From assembly GCF_963921235.1 (NCBI RefSeq), contig NC_086097.1, forward strand, positions 102,798,001-102,862,000: 64,000 nt of DNA, in the 5' to 3' direction. The notes beneath the pieces were generated by a model. That model was given only the letters and a program-made list of their open reading frames with translations. It made no database searches and had not been told where the DNA came from. How positions within the stretch are numbered: the stretch's first letter is position 1; each line of letters starts with the position of its first letter. Source of the stretch: Mobula hypostoma (taxonomy: Eukaryota). Of the stretch, positions 51,116 to 62,559 are shown piece after piece. The translations under genes were made by a program, and so were the position numbers.

Positions 51116-52244
51116 TGTTATATATGAAATGCATGATAATATATTTTGGTAAAAGGAATAATAGTGCAAACTATTATCTTAAAGGGGAGGAGGTTGAAAC
51201 ATCAGAGGTGCAGAGGGACTTAGGAGTCCTCATGCAAGACTCCCAGAAGGTTAACTTACAGGTTGAGTATGTAGTAAAGAAAGCAAATACAATGTTGGCA
51301 TTTATTTCAAGGGGAATGGAATATAAAAGCAAGGAGATAATGCTGAGGCTTTACAAGACACTAGTCAGGCTGCACTTGGAGTATTGTCTACAACTTTGGG
51401 CTCTATATCTCAGAAAGGATGTGTTGTCATTGGAGAGAGTCCAGAGGAGGTTCACGAGGATAATTCCAGGAGTGAAGGGGTTAACATATAAGGAGCATGT
51501 AGCAGCTTAGGGCCTGTACTCACTGGAATTTAGAAGAATGTGGGGGATCTCATTGAAACCTCCTGAATGTTGGAAAGACTAGATAGGGTGGATGTGGAGA
51601 GGGCTCACCCTTTAGTACGGAGGTAAGGAGGAATTTCTTTAGCCAGAGAGTAGCAAATCTGTGGAGTGTTCTGCCACAGACTGCAGTGGAAGCTAAGTCA
51701 GTGGGTATATTTAAGGTGGAAGTTGATAGTTTCTGATCAGTCGGGGCATCAAAGGATATAGTGAGAAGGCAGATGTATGGGGTTGAGTGGGATCTGGGAT
51801 CAGCCATGATGGAATGGCAGAGCAGACTCGATGGGCTGAATGGCCTAATTCTGCTTCCTTGTCTTATGGTGTTGGAGTTGAAATCTGTACTGGGCTTGGG
51901 CAATCAGATCCGGAAGACCCAAACCAATTGGAGTTTTCAATGAAATTCTATAATAGGAACATAAGCACAATAAAGTCAGAAGCCTAATTTATTTTCATAA
52001 AACAGAAAGCACAAATACACCACACTAAATACTACGTAGTAGGTTACAAAGATTCCAGGGTTCACAATTCTCAGCCACCACTCGAATGCCACTGTTGTTG
52101 GAAGAAGTTCCAAATTCTGACTCAAGAAATCACCCTGGGTCGTCCTCAGCATCTATCAATCGTGATTCGTCGGTCTAGGTGGAGTCCCAAGAATCGAGGG
52201 AAAGGTGATTGATGGAAGAATAAGAAACCTACCGGGATAGTAAC

Positions 52245-52647
52245 TGGTCATAAAACACTATAGCACAGAAACAGGCCCTTCAGCCCATCTAGATCATGTC
52301 AAATTATCAATCTGCTTAGTCCCATCAACCTGCACCCGGACCTTAAGCCTCCACAGCCCTTCCGTCCATGTACCTATCCGAAGTTCTCTCAACTGTTGCA
52401 ATCAAACCCTACATCCCCCACTTCCTCTGGCAGCTCTCACCACCCTCTGAGCGAAGAAGTTCTTCCTCAGGTTCCCCTTAGACATTCCACTTTTCACTGT
52501 CAACCCATGACCTCCAGTTCTAGTCTCACCCAAAGCCTGCTTGCGTTTACCCAATCTATAGCCCTGATAATTTTGAATGCCTCTATTGAATCTCCCTTCA
52601 TTCTCCTATGCTCTAGGAAATAAAGTCCTAACATTCAACCTTTCTTT
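52245..52647 (-). mobile_element. CR1 3'-end fragment
   Basis: Same 3'UTR as 185-560 and 5060-5385. Confidence 0.75.
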
Positions 52648-55600
52648 ATAAGACCATAAGATATAGGAGCAGAATTAGGCCACTCAGCCCATCAAGTCTG
52701 CTCCACCATTCCATTATGGCTGATCCCAGATCTCACTCAACTCCATACACCTGCCTTCTCACCATATCCTTTGATGCCCTGAACGATCAGGAAACAGTCA
52801 ACTTCCACTGTAAATATATGCACGGACTTGGCTTCCACTGCAGTCTGTGGCAGGGCATTCCACAGATTTACTAATCCCTGGCTAAAAAAAAATTCTCCTT
52901 ACCTTTGATCTAAAGGTCACCCCTCAATTTTGAGGCTGTGCCCTCTGGTTCTGGATACCCCACCATAGGAAACATCATCTCTACACCCACCCTATCTAGT
53001 CCATTCAACATTTGGTAGGGTTCAATGAGATCCCCACACATTCTTCTAAATTCCAGTGAGTATAGCCCCAAAGTTGCCAAAAGCTCCTCATATCTTAACC
53101 CCTTCATTCCTGGAATCATCCTAATGAACCTTCTCTAGACTCTCTCCAATGAGAACAAATCCTCTCTGAGATATGGGCCCAAATCTGTTGACAATACTCC
53201 AAGTGTGGCATGATCTGTGTCTTATAAAGCCTTAGCATTACCTCTTTGCTTTTATATTGTATTCCCCTTGAAATAATTGGTAACATTGCATTTCCCTTCT
53301 TTACCACAGACTCAACCTGTAAATTAACTTTCTGGGAGTCTTGCACGAGGAGTCCTAAGTCCTTCTGTAGCTCTGGTGTTTGAACCTTCTCCCCATTTAG
53401 ATAATAGTCAGCACTATTGTTCCTTTTACCAAAATGCATTATCATACATTTCCCAACACTGTATTCCATCTGCCACTTGTTTGTCCATTCTTCCAATTTG
53501 TCTAAGTCCTGCTGCAATCGCATTGCTTTCTCAGCACTACCTACCCCTCTTCCTATCTTCATATCATCCTCAAACTTTGCCACAAAGCCATCAATTCCAT
53601 TATCTAAATCATTGACAAACAATGTGAAAAACCGTAGTCCCAATACTGACCCCTGCAGAACACCAATAGTCACCAGCAGCCAATCAAAAAAAGCTTTTAT
53701 TATTCCCACTCGCTACCTTCTGCCTGTCAGCCATTCCTCTATCCATGCCAGTATCTTTCCTGTAATGCCATAGCATTTTATCGTGTTAAGCAGCCTCATG
53801 TGTGGCACCTTATCAAGTGCCTTCTGAAAATCCAAGTAAATGACATCCTCTGCCTCTCCTTTGTCCACCCTGCTTGTTACTTCCTTGCGGATTTGTCAGG
53901 CAAGATTTCCCTTGACAGAAACCATATTGACTTTAACTTATTTTATCATTAGTCTGCAAGTACCTTGAAACCTCATCCTTAATAATAGACTCCAACACTT
54001 TCCCAGCCACTGAGGTTAGGCCAACTGGCCTATACCTTCCTTTCTTTTGCCTTCTCTGGGACCATGCCAGAATCAAGTGATTCTTGAAAGATCATGACCA
54101 ATCCATCTGTTATCTCTTTGGTAATCTCTCTCAGGACTCTGGGATGTAGTCCACCTGGTTCAAGTGACTTATCCACCTTAAGACCTTTGAGTCTGCCTAG
54201 CATTTTTTCCTTTGTAATAGCAATGGCACTCACTCCTGTTCCCTGTCACTCAGAGGCCTCTGGCACATTGTTAGTTTCTTCCACAGTGAAGACTGATGCA
54301 AAGTACCCATAAGTTCATCTGCCATTTCTTTGTCCCCCATTACTACCTCACCAGCATCATTTTCCAGTGGTCCAATATCAATTCTCACCTCCCTTTTACT
54401 CTTTATAGAACTGAAAAAACTTTCTGTATCCTGCTTTATATTATTGGCTAGTTTTCCCTCATATTTTCATCTTTTCCCTTATAGCTTTTTTGTTGTCTTT
54501 TGTTGTATTTTAAAAGCTTCCTAATCATCCAACTACCCACTCACTTTTGCTACCTTATATGCCCTTTCCTTGACTTTAATATGGTCCTTAACTTTCTCTG
54601 TCAGCCACGGTTGCCTACCCCTGCCATATGAGAACTTCATCCTCTGTGGGACATATCTATTCTGCACCTTGTGAACTGTTCCCAGAAACCTCAGCCACCT
54701 CTGCTCTGCCGCCATCCTCACCAGTATGCTCCTCCAATCCACCTGGCCAAGCTCCTCTCTCATACCTCTGTAATTCCTTCTAGTCCATTGCGATACTGAC
54801 ACATGTGTCTTATGCTTCTCCCCCTCAAATTGCAGTTTGAATTCACTCATATTATGATCACTGCCTCCTAAGTGTTCATTTACGTTAAGCTCCCTAATAA
54901 GATCTGTGTCATTACACAACACCCAGTCTAAGACAGCCTTTCCTCCCCCCAAGTAGGCTCAAGCACAAGCTGCTCTGAAAACCCATCTTGTAGGCAAATT
55001 TCCTCTCTTGCGATCTGACACCAATCTGATTTTTCCAATTCCCTTGAAGTCTCCCATCACAATTATGTCATTACCCTTATTACAGGCCTTTTCCAGCTCC
55101 CTTTGCAATCTCAACCTCACATCTTGGCTACTATTTGGAGACCTATATATGATTCCCATAATGGTTTTTTTTCACCCTTGGAATTTCTTAACTCCACCCA
55201 CAAAGATTCAACATTCTCTGACCCTATGTCACCTCTAACTAAAGATGTAATTCCTTAGCTTATCAACAGAGCCACAGCACCGCCAATGCCTTCCTGCCTC
55301 TCCTTTTGATACAAAGTGTATCCTTTGATGTTATGGCCTTCTCTCAACCATGGCTCAGTGATGCCCACAATGTCAAACCAACCAATCTCTAATTGCATCA
55401 CAAGTTCGTCCACCTTATTCGAAATGCTACGCGCATTTAAATACAGCACCTCCAGTCCTGCATTCCTTGCCCTTTTGAATCTTGTATCTGTGGTACAATT
55501 TAACTCTCTGCTCTGCCTGTATTTGTACCCAGTCATTGGCTTGTCCATCACCTGCTTGTAAACCTGCTGGCTCATCCTCAGCTCTTTCATACTGGTTCCC

Positions 55601-56420
55601 ATCACCCTGCCACGTTAGCTTAAACCACTCCCAGCAGTTCTAGTAAATCTGCCCACAGGAATATTGCTCCCCCTTTGTATTCAAGTACAACCCGTCCCTT
55701 TTGTACAGGTCACACCTGCCCCAGAAGAGGTCCCAATGATCCAGAAATCTGAACCTCTGCCCCCCACTGCTCCAATTCTTCAGCCACGCATTTATCTGCC
55801 ACCTTATTCTATTCCTATCCTCTCTGTCGTGTGGCACAGACAGCAATCCCGAGATTGCTACCCTTGAGGTCCCGCTTCTCTACTTCCTTCCTAACTCCCT
55901 GTATTCTTGTCTCAGGACCTCCTCCCTTTCCCTTCCTATGTCATTGGTACCAATATGTACCACGACCTCTGGCTACTCACCCTCTCTTTTCAGGACATTG
56001 TGGATGCGTTCAGAAACATCTTGGGCCCTGGTAGCTGGGTGGCAAACTACCATCCATGTTTCCTTTTCACAGCATCGACTATCTGTCCCCCTGACTATAG
56101 AGTCCCCTATTACTGCTGCCTCTTCAGTTCCCTACCCTTCTGAGCCACAGGGCCAGACTCAGTGCCAGAGACACTGCCACTGCTGCTTCCCCCAGGTAGG
56201 TCACCCCCCCCAACTGTACACAAAATGGAGTACTTATTGTTGAGGGGGACGGTCACAGGGGTGCTCTCCATTATCTGACATTCTCCCTTCCCTCACCGAC
56301 AGTTATCTGTCTCCTGTAGACTTGAGGTGACTACCTTCCTGTAGCTCCTGTCCATCACTGCCTCATGTTCCCTAACAAGCCAGAGGTCACTGAGTTGCAA
56401 CTCCAGTTCCCTGACACAGT
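52648..56420 (-). mobile_element. Near-full-length decayed CR1 (ORF1, EN, RT, 3'UTR), related to host A
   Basis: ORFs 56293, 55640 (ORF1 esterase), 55255 (YLNARSISNKVDEL), 54533, 54030, 53116 and 52910; (accataag) tail at 52648. Confidence 0.9.
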
Positions 56421-56529
56421 CCAATAACTCAAGTCCTGGCAACATCCTTGTAAATCTTCTCTGTAAATTAGGATCTGAAAATCTGATCCCTTCCAACATG
56501 TAAACAGACAGGTAATGGGGGTTATCAGG

Positions 56530-57020
56530 TGTGTGCAGCTGAGTTTTGCATCATAGCATCCTGTCATGGCTTGGTACCATAACTGCTCTGCCTGTGACCA
56601 TAAAAACCTACAGATTTGTGGACACAGCTCAGAACATCACGGAAACCAGCCTCCCCCCACCCCCCATGGGCTCTGTCTACACTTCTCACTTCATCAGTAA
56701 AGCAGCCAGCATCATCAAAGACCCATCCACTCTGGGTATTCCCTCTTCCCTCCTGCTAAGCAGAAGATACAAAATTCTCAAAGCATGTACCACTAGGCTC
56801 AAGGACAGCTTTTTCTCCCTGTTATAAGACCATTGAATAGCCCCCTATTATGATAAAAGGCACGGTTAACCTTGCAATCTGTCATTGCACGGCCAGCACT
56901 GGATTGCTAACTTGCCCTGCATTTTTTCTGTAGCACTTTATTGTTGTCCCCTGTACTATCTCAATGCACCAATCTGTGTGGATAGAATACAATACAAAGT
57001 TCTTCATTGTACCTGGGTAT
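56530..57020 (+). mobile_element. Decayed Rex1/Babar-type 3' fragment
   Basis: ORF 56546 ...KAASIIKDPS...RRYKILKACTTRLKDSFF, followed by a 3'UTR. Confidence 0.7.
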
Positions 57021-58439
57021 ATAATTAAACTGAGTTATCAATGTAGTCAGCACAGACAACATGAGCCTGTTCTTGTGCTGTATTGTTCTTAATTCTAACT
57101 GGAATAATGTATTTGCCACCTGTCAGGAGGAGAATAAAGATTGTCGGAAGATCAGTCAGAATCCGACCGTGATCCTTGGAAGTTATCCACTTCCTGTTTA
57201 TGGGAATCCTACAAATTGTGGGATAAATGGCATCCTAACTGAAGTTGAGGTCACTTTTGGACCTTCTCTCAGCAACCTGGTTCAATGAGAGCCAGGGACA
57301 ACCTTGTCAGTATGATACAGCCTGAGATCATAGCGTTGGAAAGAGCCAATAAAAGGGCAGGTTCCAGGAGCTAAATGAACTGACTAAACCTCTGATCTTT
57401 TGACTATCACTCTGCAATTGGGTCAAAGTGAAGATTAAGGAATTGAAAGCTGAAGGAATGATGTGAAAACGAAGGGCTCACTTCATGACACAGAAGTATC
57501 GCTAGGATGACCTATGCCAGTGGAATTGACTGGATATTTGAATCATGCATAGGGCTGAGGTAAAGAAGAAGAAAGGGTCTAAGTGAAAATGTTATAACAC
57601 TACTCTAAGGGAAGGGGTCAAAGTTGGTCAGAAGGTTTTTTGGGGACCACAGGAAAAAATACTGAGATATGAATTATCCACATAACATGGATGTTTTCAC
57701 TGAACTATTGGCAATGTGATGTTTTGATGCAAGTCTTAACAGAATCTATCATTGAAGAGGTGTCTGTCTCCATCAAGGATTCATGTAGCTTTCTAATGAG
57801 TGATTTTATTATGTTAAGACTGAAAGTAATCATGTAAAATATACATATTTGAGTATAATTGTACATAAATTGTATAACTTAATGTTCTTGAGTTGCATTG
57901 TAACTAGACCAGAAATGTGACATTGTAGGAGCGTTGACAAAAATTGACAGGAGTGTAATTACTCTAATGTGCACTTTATTCCCCAACAAATGGCAACATT
58001 GTATATATATATATATATCAGAAAAACCCCCGCTCCAAAACATAATAACGTGCAACATACACAGCAAACTTAACCCTTAACAGCCTGGCAAATTCTGCCT
58101 AATAAAATTAATATCTTGCATTTAACTGAATGGGAGATTAGTGTCAATTCAAGTCCTGATTTGATTCTTGCACCGTTCAAAGCCTAATTCACCATTTAAC
58201 ATACCATAGAAACCATTTCTAGAAGTGGAAAAACTTCACCTTCTTTCTGTAAAATACAAGATTATCAGTTTGGGCATCTCTCATTCTTGGTAGTTCAGTT
58301 GTCATCTGTTTTTAACCTATTGAAGTTTTAGCATATGGTATCACTTTCAAGGTCATCATTTATTGCCCATGAAGAGACAGTGAGTAACATCAATCTGCTC
58401 CTTGTTTATATCAACACAAGGTGAGTAAAGACTCCAGCA

Positions 58440-58556
58440 GCACCACACACAAAATACTGGAGACTCTATCCTGACGATGGGTCTCATTCTGAAATGTCTC
58501 CTGTTTATTCCCTCTCACAGATGCTGAGCTCCTCCCGCATTCCTGTGTGTTGCTCA
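58440..58556 (+). mobile_element. Old mini-PLE remnant with degenerate hammerhead
   Basis: cacacacaaaatactgg...CTGACGAtgggtctcattctGAAAtgtc...cagatgctgag...tgtgtgttgc. A similar remnant lies at ~63705-63800. Confidence 0.55.
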
Positions 58557-59047
58557 AGTTGCCAAGTTGCTTGTTGGAAAGATAGATTTATGAATAGGAG
58601 ACTGCAGTATAGAAGGAAGCTATGGTAAACATTTGTAAAATATTGAGCCTCAGCTGGAGTGTAGTGTCCAATTCCAGGCACCATATTTTAAGCTTTTCTT
58701 ACATTTCTGACTTGATTTCATGGATGACTACCTTGTCTAGTTCACTAGTTTTTTTCCTCTTTCCCTTGTGAAAACACTGTCTACACTATCATCATTTTAA
58801 AGACCCCTGTTTGGTTTTCTCAGCACCATTCCAAGATCCAAGCTCCGGACCCAGCAGATTCGTGCTTCCTTTTCAGACGTCAGTTTTCAGCAACAAAGCA
58901 CCTCTGCTAGAGAATTTATATCCTCTTTATATAGCAACCGTAACATGCACAGCCATCACAGGTGAGGTTCATCCAAGGTTGAAATATGGTGTAATCTCTA
59001 TCTCTAACCCATCCCTGTAGAGCCCTGGTTAAGATTTAACTGCTAAT

Positions 59048-59803
59048 GCTGTAGGGTATTTCATTTAATAGTGTTTGTATAGAAGCAGCGTGTTCTGCTG
59101 ACTGTTTGGGTTCCAGTTAGAGATAAGGGGTTGTGATGTCCAATTTAGGAAGGTTGGCTCAGCCAATCAGGATGGTGGAATTGAGAGAAGGTTCTAGAGA
59201 AAGCTGGGTGGAGAGGTTTGGTTTGAAGTCTTTTTGGCAGGAGCTGGGAGAAGACTGGTGAGAAGATGGCTGAGGATGCCATCTTGGTTGCACGGGGTCC
59301 TTTTTTGCTGGTGGGTGGCTTCAAGGAGGAAGGGCCAATACTCTCATGGAAGAGCCCATTTGTTAGAGATGGATTTTGAGTGATGTTCAGAAGATGGTGT
59401 GTGCTTTCACACAGACCATGGGTCCCGTGTGTGAGTAAAAGACAACTTCAACAAGATCTCCAACTTCATGTGCACATTTGGACTGGGATAACAGTAATGG
59501 GCCCTTTTATTTATTTTTTCTCTTCCTTTTTCCTGCTTACTGTTCAATAAAGCTGAAATTTGTAAATATACTTTGTTTATAATTCAATAGTGTAAAATCT
59601 GTTATTTCTTGCTGATGACTAATTGCATGGGGGCAGTATTTACACAGACCGGGGTTCGGATAGTTGAAACATCCCAACTTCACGGTTTTGGTGGGACCCA
59701 AGTCATGCTGACCGTAGATGCACAGAGTTCGAGAAAGGTGGTTTTCTCACCGCTGAGTCCAGTGGCTGTTAGCAAGGGGCTAACGAGCCGAGTTTCTATA
59801 GAC
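59048..59803 (+). mobile_element. Possible solo LTR
   Basis: Begins TGCTGTAG and ends CTATAGACA, with a CCAAT box at ~59163 and AATAAA at ~59546. No TSD found; boundaries uncertain. Confidence 0.35.
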
Positions 59804-61222
59804 ATCCGGTCACAAATAAATCCAATTGATTGGTTTGCTTTTGTTGTGGCCTTAGTGAATTCCATCCAAATTGGTTCCCTCAGGTGCCTTTCCTTCTCTA
59901 TGTAGATGCCTTTTTCCTAAATAATACAACATTCTTGCTTTTCTTCGTCAAATGTCTCACATCACATTTATATATTGAATTTAATTGGCCAGTTGTATCT
60001 CCATTTGTTAAATTTTAGTAAGTCGTTTCAGTCCTTAAAACTAATTGTCACTCACAGCCTGGACTTTTGATTCTAGACAGAATTGGTAATATAAATTGTG
60101 ATCTTAACCCGAATGTATCCTCAATAGCTCACACATGGCACAGCCACAGGCCAAAGTTGCAACAGTTTGATTCCATCTCCGATTTCACCCAGGGAGAGGG
60201 GTGGAATAAAAAGATTTTTTTAAGGATTTCAGTTTTGCATGCACAAGGTACTAGGTAGTAAATAATTTGGATGTCTATTATTGAGGTTTTTGTGCATGTC
60301 TATTCGATGATCTGGGTTTACTTTGTATTTCCATATTTTTTATGTGATTTTGATGATCTCCCCACTGCCTTGTTCTTGTTGGATTTGAACTCGTGGATCT
60401 GAATCAGTGGACTAGGATTCTGACTGGCGGATCAATATTCAAAATGGTTCAAGTAGTTCCATCTAATATCAGAGAACGTATTCATTATACAACCAGAAAT
60501 TCTTGCTCTTCACAGGCATCCGCGAGAAACAGAAGAGCACCGCAAAGAATGAGCAACTGTAAAATATTGGAACCCCAGAGCCCTGTTCTACTCCCCCCCC
60601 ATGCACAAGCATCAACCACCCCGCCTCCCTCTCCACACTTATTTCAGCAGGAAGCATCACCCACAAAGAAAGCAACAGCAAAGCCCCCAAAGAGGGATTG
60701 TGATCTGCAGTCCAACAAAATCTAATCATTCACCACGGCAAATTCAACATGCCAGTCTCTCTCTCTCTAATAAGGGGGAAGAGAGGTGTCACGCAGCTTG
60801 CCGTTGTTTCCATATTTCCAACTTAAAATTGTCCTAATGAATGCAATTTTCTCAACAAAAACAGATTCCAGCAGACACTATAGATTTCCTGTGATGGTCT
60901 ACAATGATCTTGGATTTTCATCCTTCAATGCTAATTCTTTAAAGGAAAATATGTTTATCTATTTCTCTACCAGAAGGTGCTGAAATTTCCACTGAAGCTA
61001 ACCTAAGTACCCACAATATCAATGGTATCAGTTGAAGGCTGTATTACAGATTTAAGGTATATTACTCAAAGATGTCCATTGATTATAAACATTCAGTCAC
61101 AGCATTGTTAGAGTAGTTACCTCTCCGCAGCCATGTGAGATTGTACACTCAATCACACTGAAACTAAAATCCACATCATTCTGAAGCAGGAGCTTAAAGA
61201 GCCAAGAGAAACGCCGCCAATG

Positions 61223-61477
61223 TTAACTGGTAGTGATAATTTGGGGCAGAGTATTGTCCGGTCCATACTTGGCAACGTTATTGCGATCTTCCACTCCTGA
61301 GATCGTGGATATCTGATCGACTTTGTGCAGGTTTTTAATGATGTTGAAATTTGTTTTGGCTTTTTCCACAAAGTTGTTCTGCAGTAGCCAACCTTCCGAT
61401 GCACTGTCTGGGTCACCATGGTTCTGAACGTTCTCCATTGCAGTCTGCAGATACCTGACACCAATCAGAACCAAAAT
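61223..61477 (-). CDS. PRPH2L: Peripherin-2-like exon 3 (end of TM4, C-terminal tail, stop)
   Basis: Acceptor ctgtttggctgcAG, phase 0, in frame with exon 2 across an 835-nt GT-AG intron. It reads ILVLIGVRYLQTAMENV...DPDSASEGWLLQNNFVEKAKTNFNIIKNLHKVDQISTISG...*. The GVRYLQTAM and NIIKNL.K..QIST.SG motifs resemble CRDS2/prph2l rather than PRPH2 or ROM1. Exon 1 was not found and presumably lies beyond 64000. Confidence 0.9.
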   Translation of the reverse strand: MLVLIGVRYLQTAMENVQNHGDPDSASEGWLLQNNFVEKAKTNFNIIKNLHKVDQISTISGVEDRNNVAKYGPDNTLPQIITTS

Positions 61478-62312
61478 CTGCAGCCAAACAGTAGTTATTT
61501 TGTTAGCAAAGACAGAGAGATGCATCTCTATAGCCAACATAAATGCACACTACAATCCGTTAGGTATTTTTGAAATTATGGTGACACAGACTGAGAGAAG
61601 TTCTGCACACCGTAGGATTTCACACTGATAGATACAGATTCTCCCTGGGTCACGCATGCACAACCCTCTACATGCAACCCTCTAATGTTTGGGGGTCTTT
61701 AGATGCAAGAAGATGGACCTGCCAGTTGCTGCATCTTCTGGGAACAGGAATTTTCCCATGTGCCTTCTCTCCCTTGCAACCCCCAGTCCCTCAGCCATGA
61801 CAACTAGGTGCTGGGTGGAGCTGAACAGAGCTGTGAGCATGGAGTGGACCCACTCCCTCCCTCACCGAGGGAGTCTATTCTTCCTGCGTCCGCTTGCTCT
61901 CCACCACAGCTGTTCCTATGATCCTCTCCCACACACTGTTTCTGTTCATTTCTGACTTACAAACAGAACTCTGTCATAACCGGGGACTCTCTGTAAATCA
62001 GAAGAAAATATTAGCTCAGAGAGAGTGGAACTTCATATTTCCTCCTCCACAGACTCAGAGGCCAGGTAAGGCCTCTGTTTATCACCTCACCAGAAAGAAG
62101 CATTTGTTACGGCATACACTCTCAGTGTGCCCTTGGTTCATCAGCTCAGGGTTTTGGACTCAATTCCATCAATGGGCTTTTTCCCACAGCCTTCTGACTG
62201 AGAAGCTGGAGTCCTCAAAAAAAAAATGGTTTTAAGTTTGCAGCTTGGTGCAGCCGGCATCGATACAAAGGGAGGGAAGGGAGTTACTGCACACTCTGCT
62301 GCGATGGTTTAC

Positions 62313-62559
62313 CTCAAAGAGCCAGATGAACAGCATGGAGAGCCCGATAGACTGCGTAATTGGGGTGTAATGATCCAGTAGTGCTTGTCGACAGCCTATC
62401 ATCCACTGGTTCATCTCTGCAGTCAGGTAGTCGTAGTTGTAGTGGGCTGAGTTGTTGGTGAGTTGAAATTGGATACAAGGACGGGGCGAGTTGAGGTTGC
62501 AGCAGCTGAAGGGAATGCCATCCAACAAATACTTCCCATCCACGTTACTCCTCAAACGG
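62313..62559 (-). CDS. PRPH2L: Peripherin-2-like (PRPH2L / CRDS2-type) exon 2: D2 loop and start of TM4
   Basis: Minus-strand acceptor ttctcccactgtAG and donor GAG|GTaaac. The exon is 247 nt, the length I recall for PRPH2 exon 2. It reads [44 protein letters not shown]...[13 protein letters not shown]...IWLFE, including the PFSCC...PRPC motif and the NNS glycosylation site. Confidence 0.93.

Larger units (their letters stand above)
37430..51870 (+). mobile_element. Old near-full-length CR1 ('host A') spread over ~14.4 kb by nested insertions
   Basis: Colinear pieces: 37430-37631 (ORF1 esterase IGTNDIG...GLLPVP), 45054-45441, 46004-46773, 47243-47971 and 51118-51870 (RT end and 3'UTR). They match the order of the related minus-strand copy at 52648-56420. 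Confidence 0.8.

Noticed and set aside
57061..57288. 75-aa ORF in unique-looking sequence
   Set aside because: No recognisable homology or convincing splice context.
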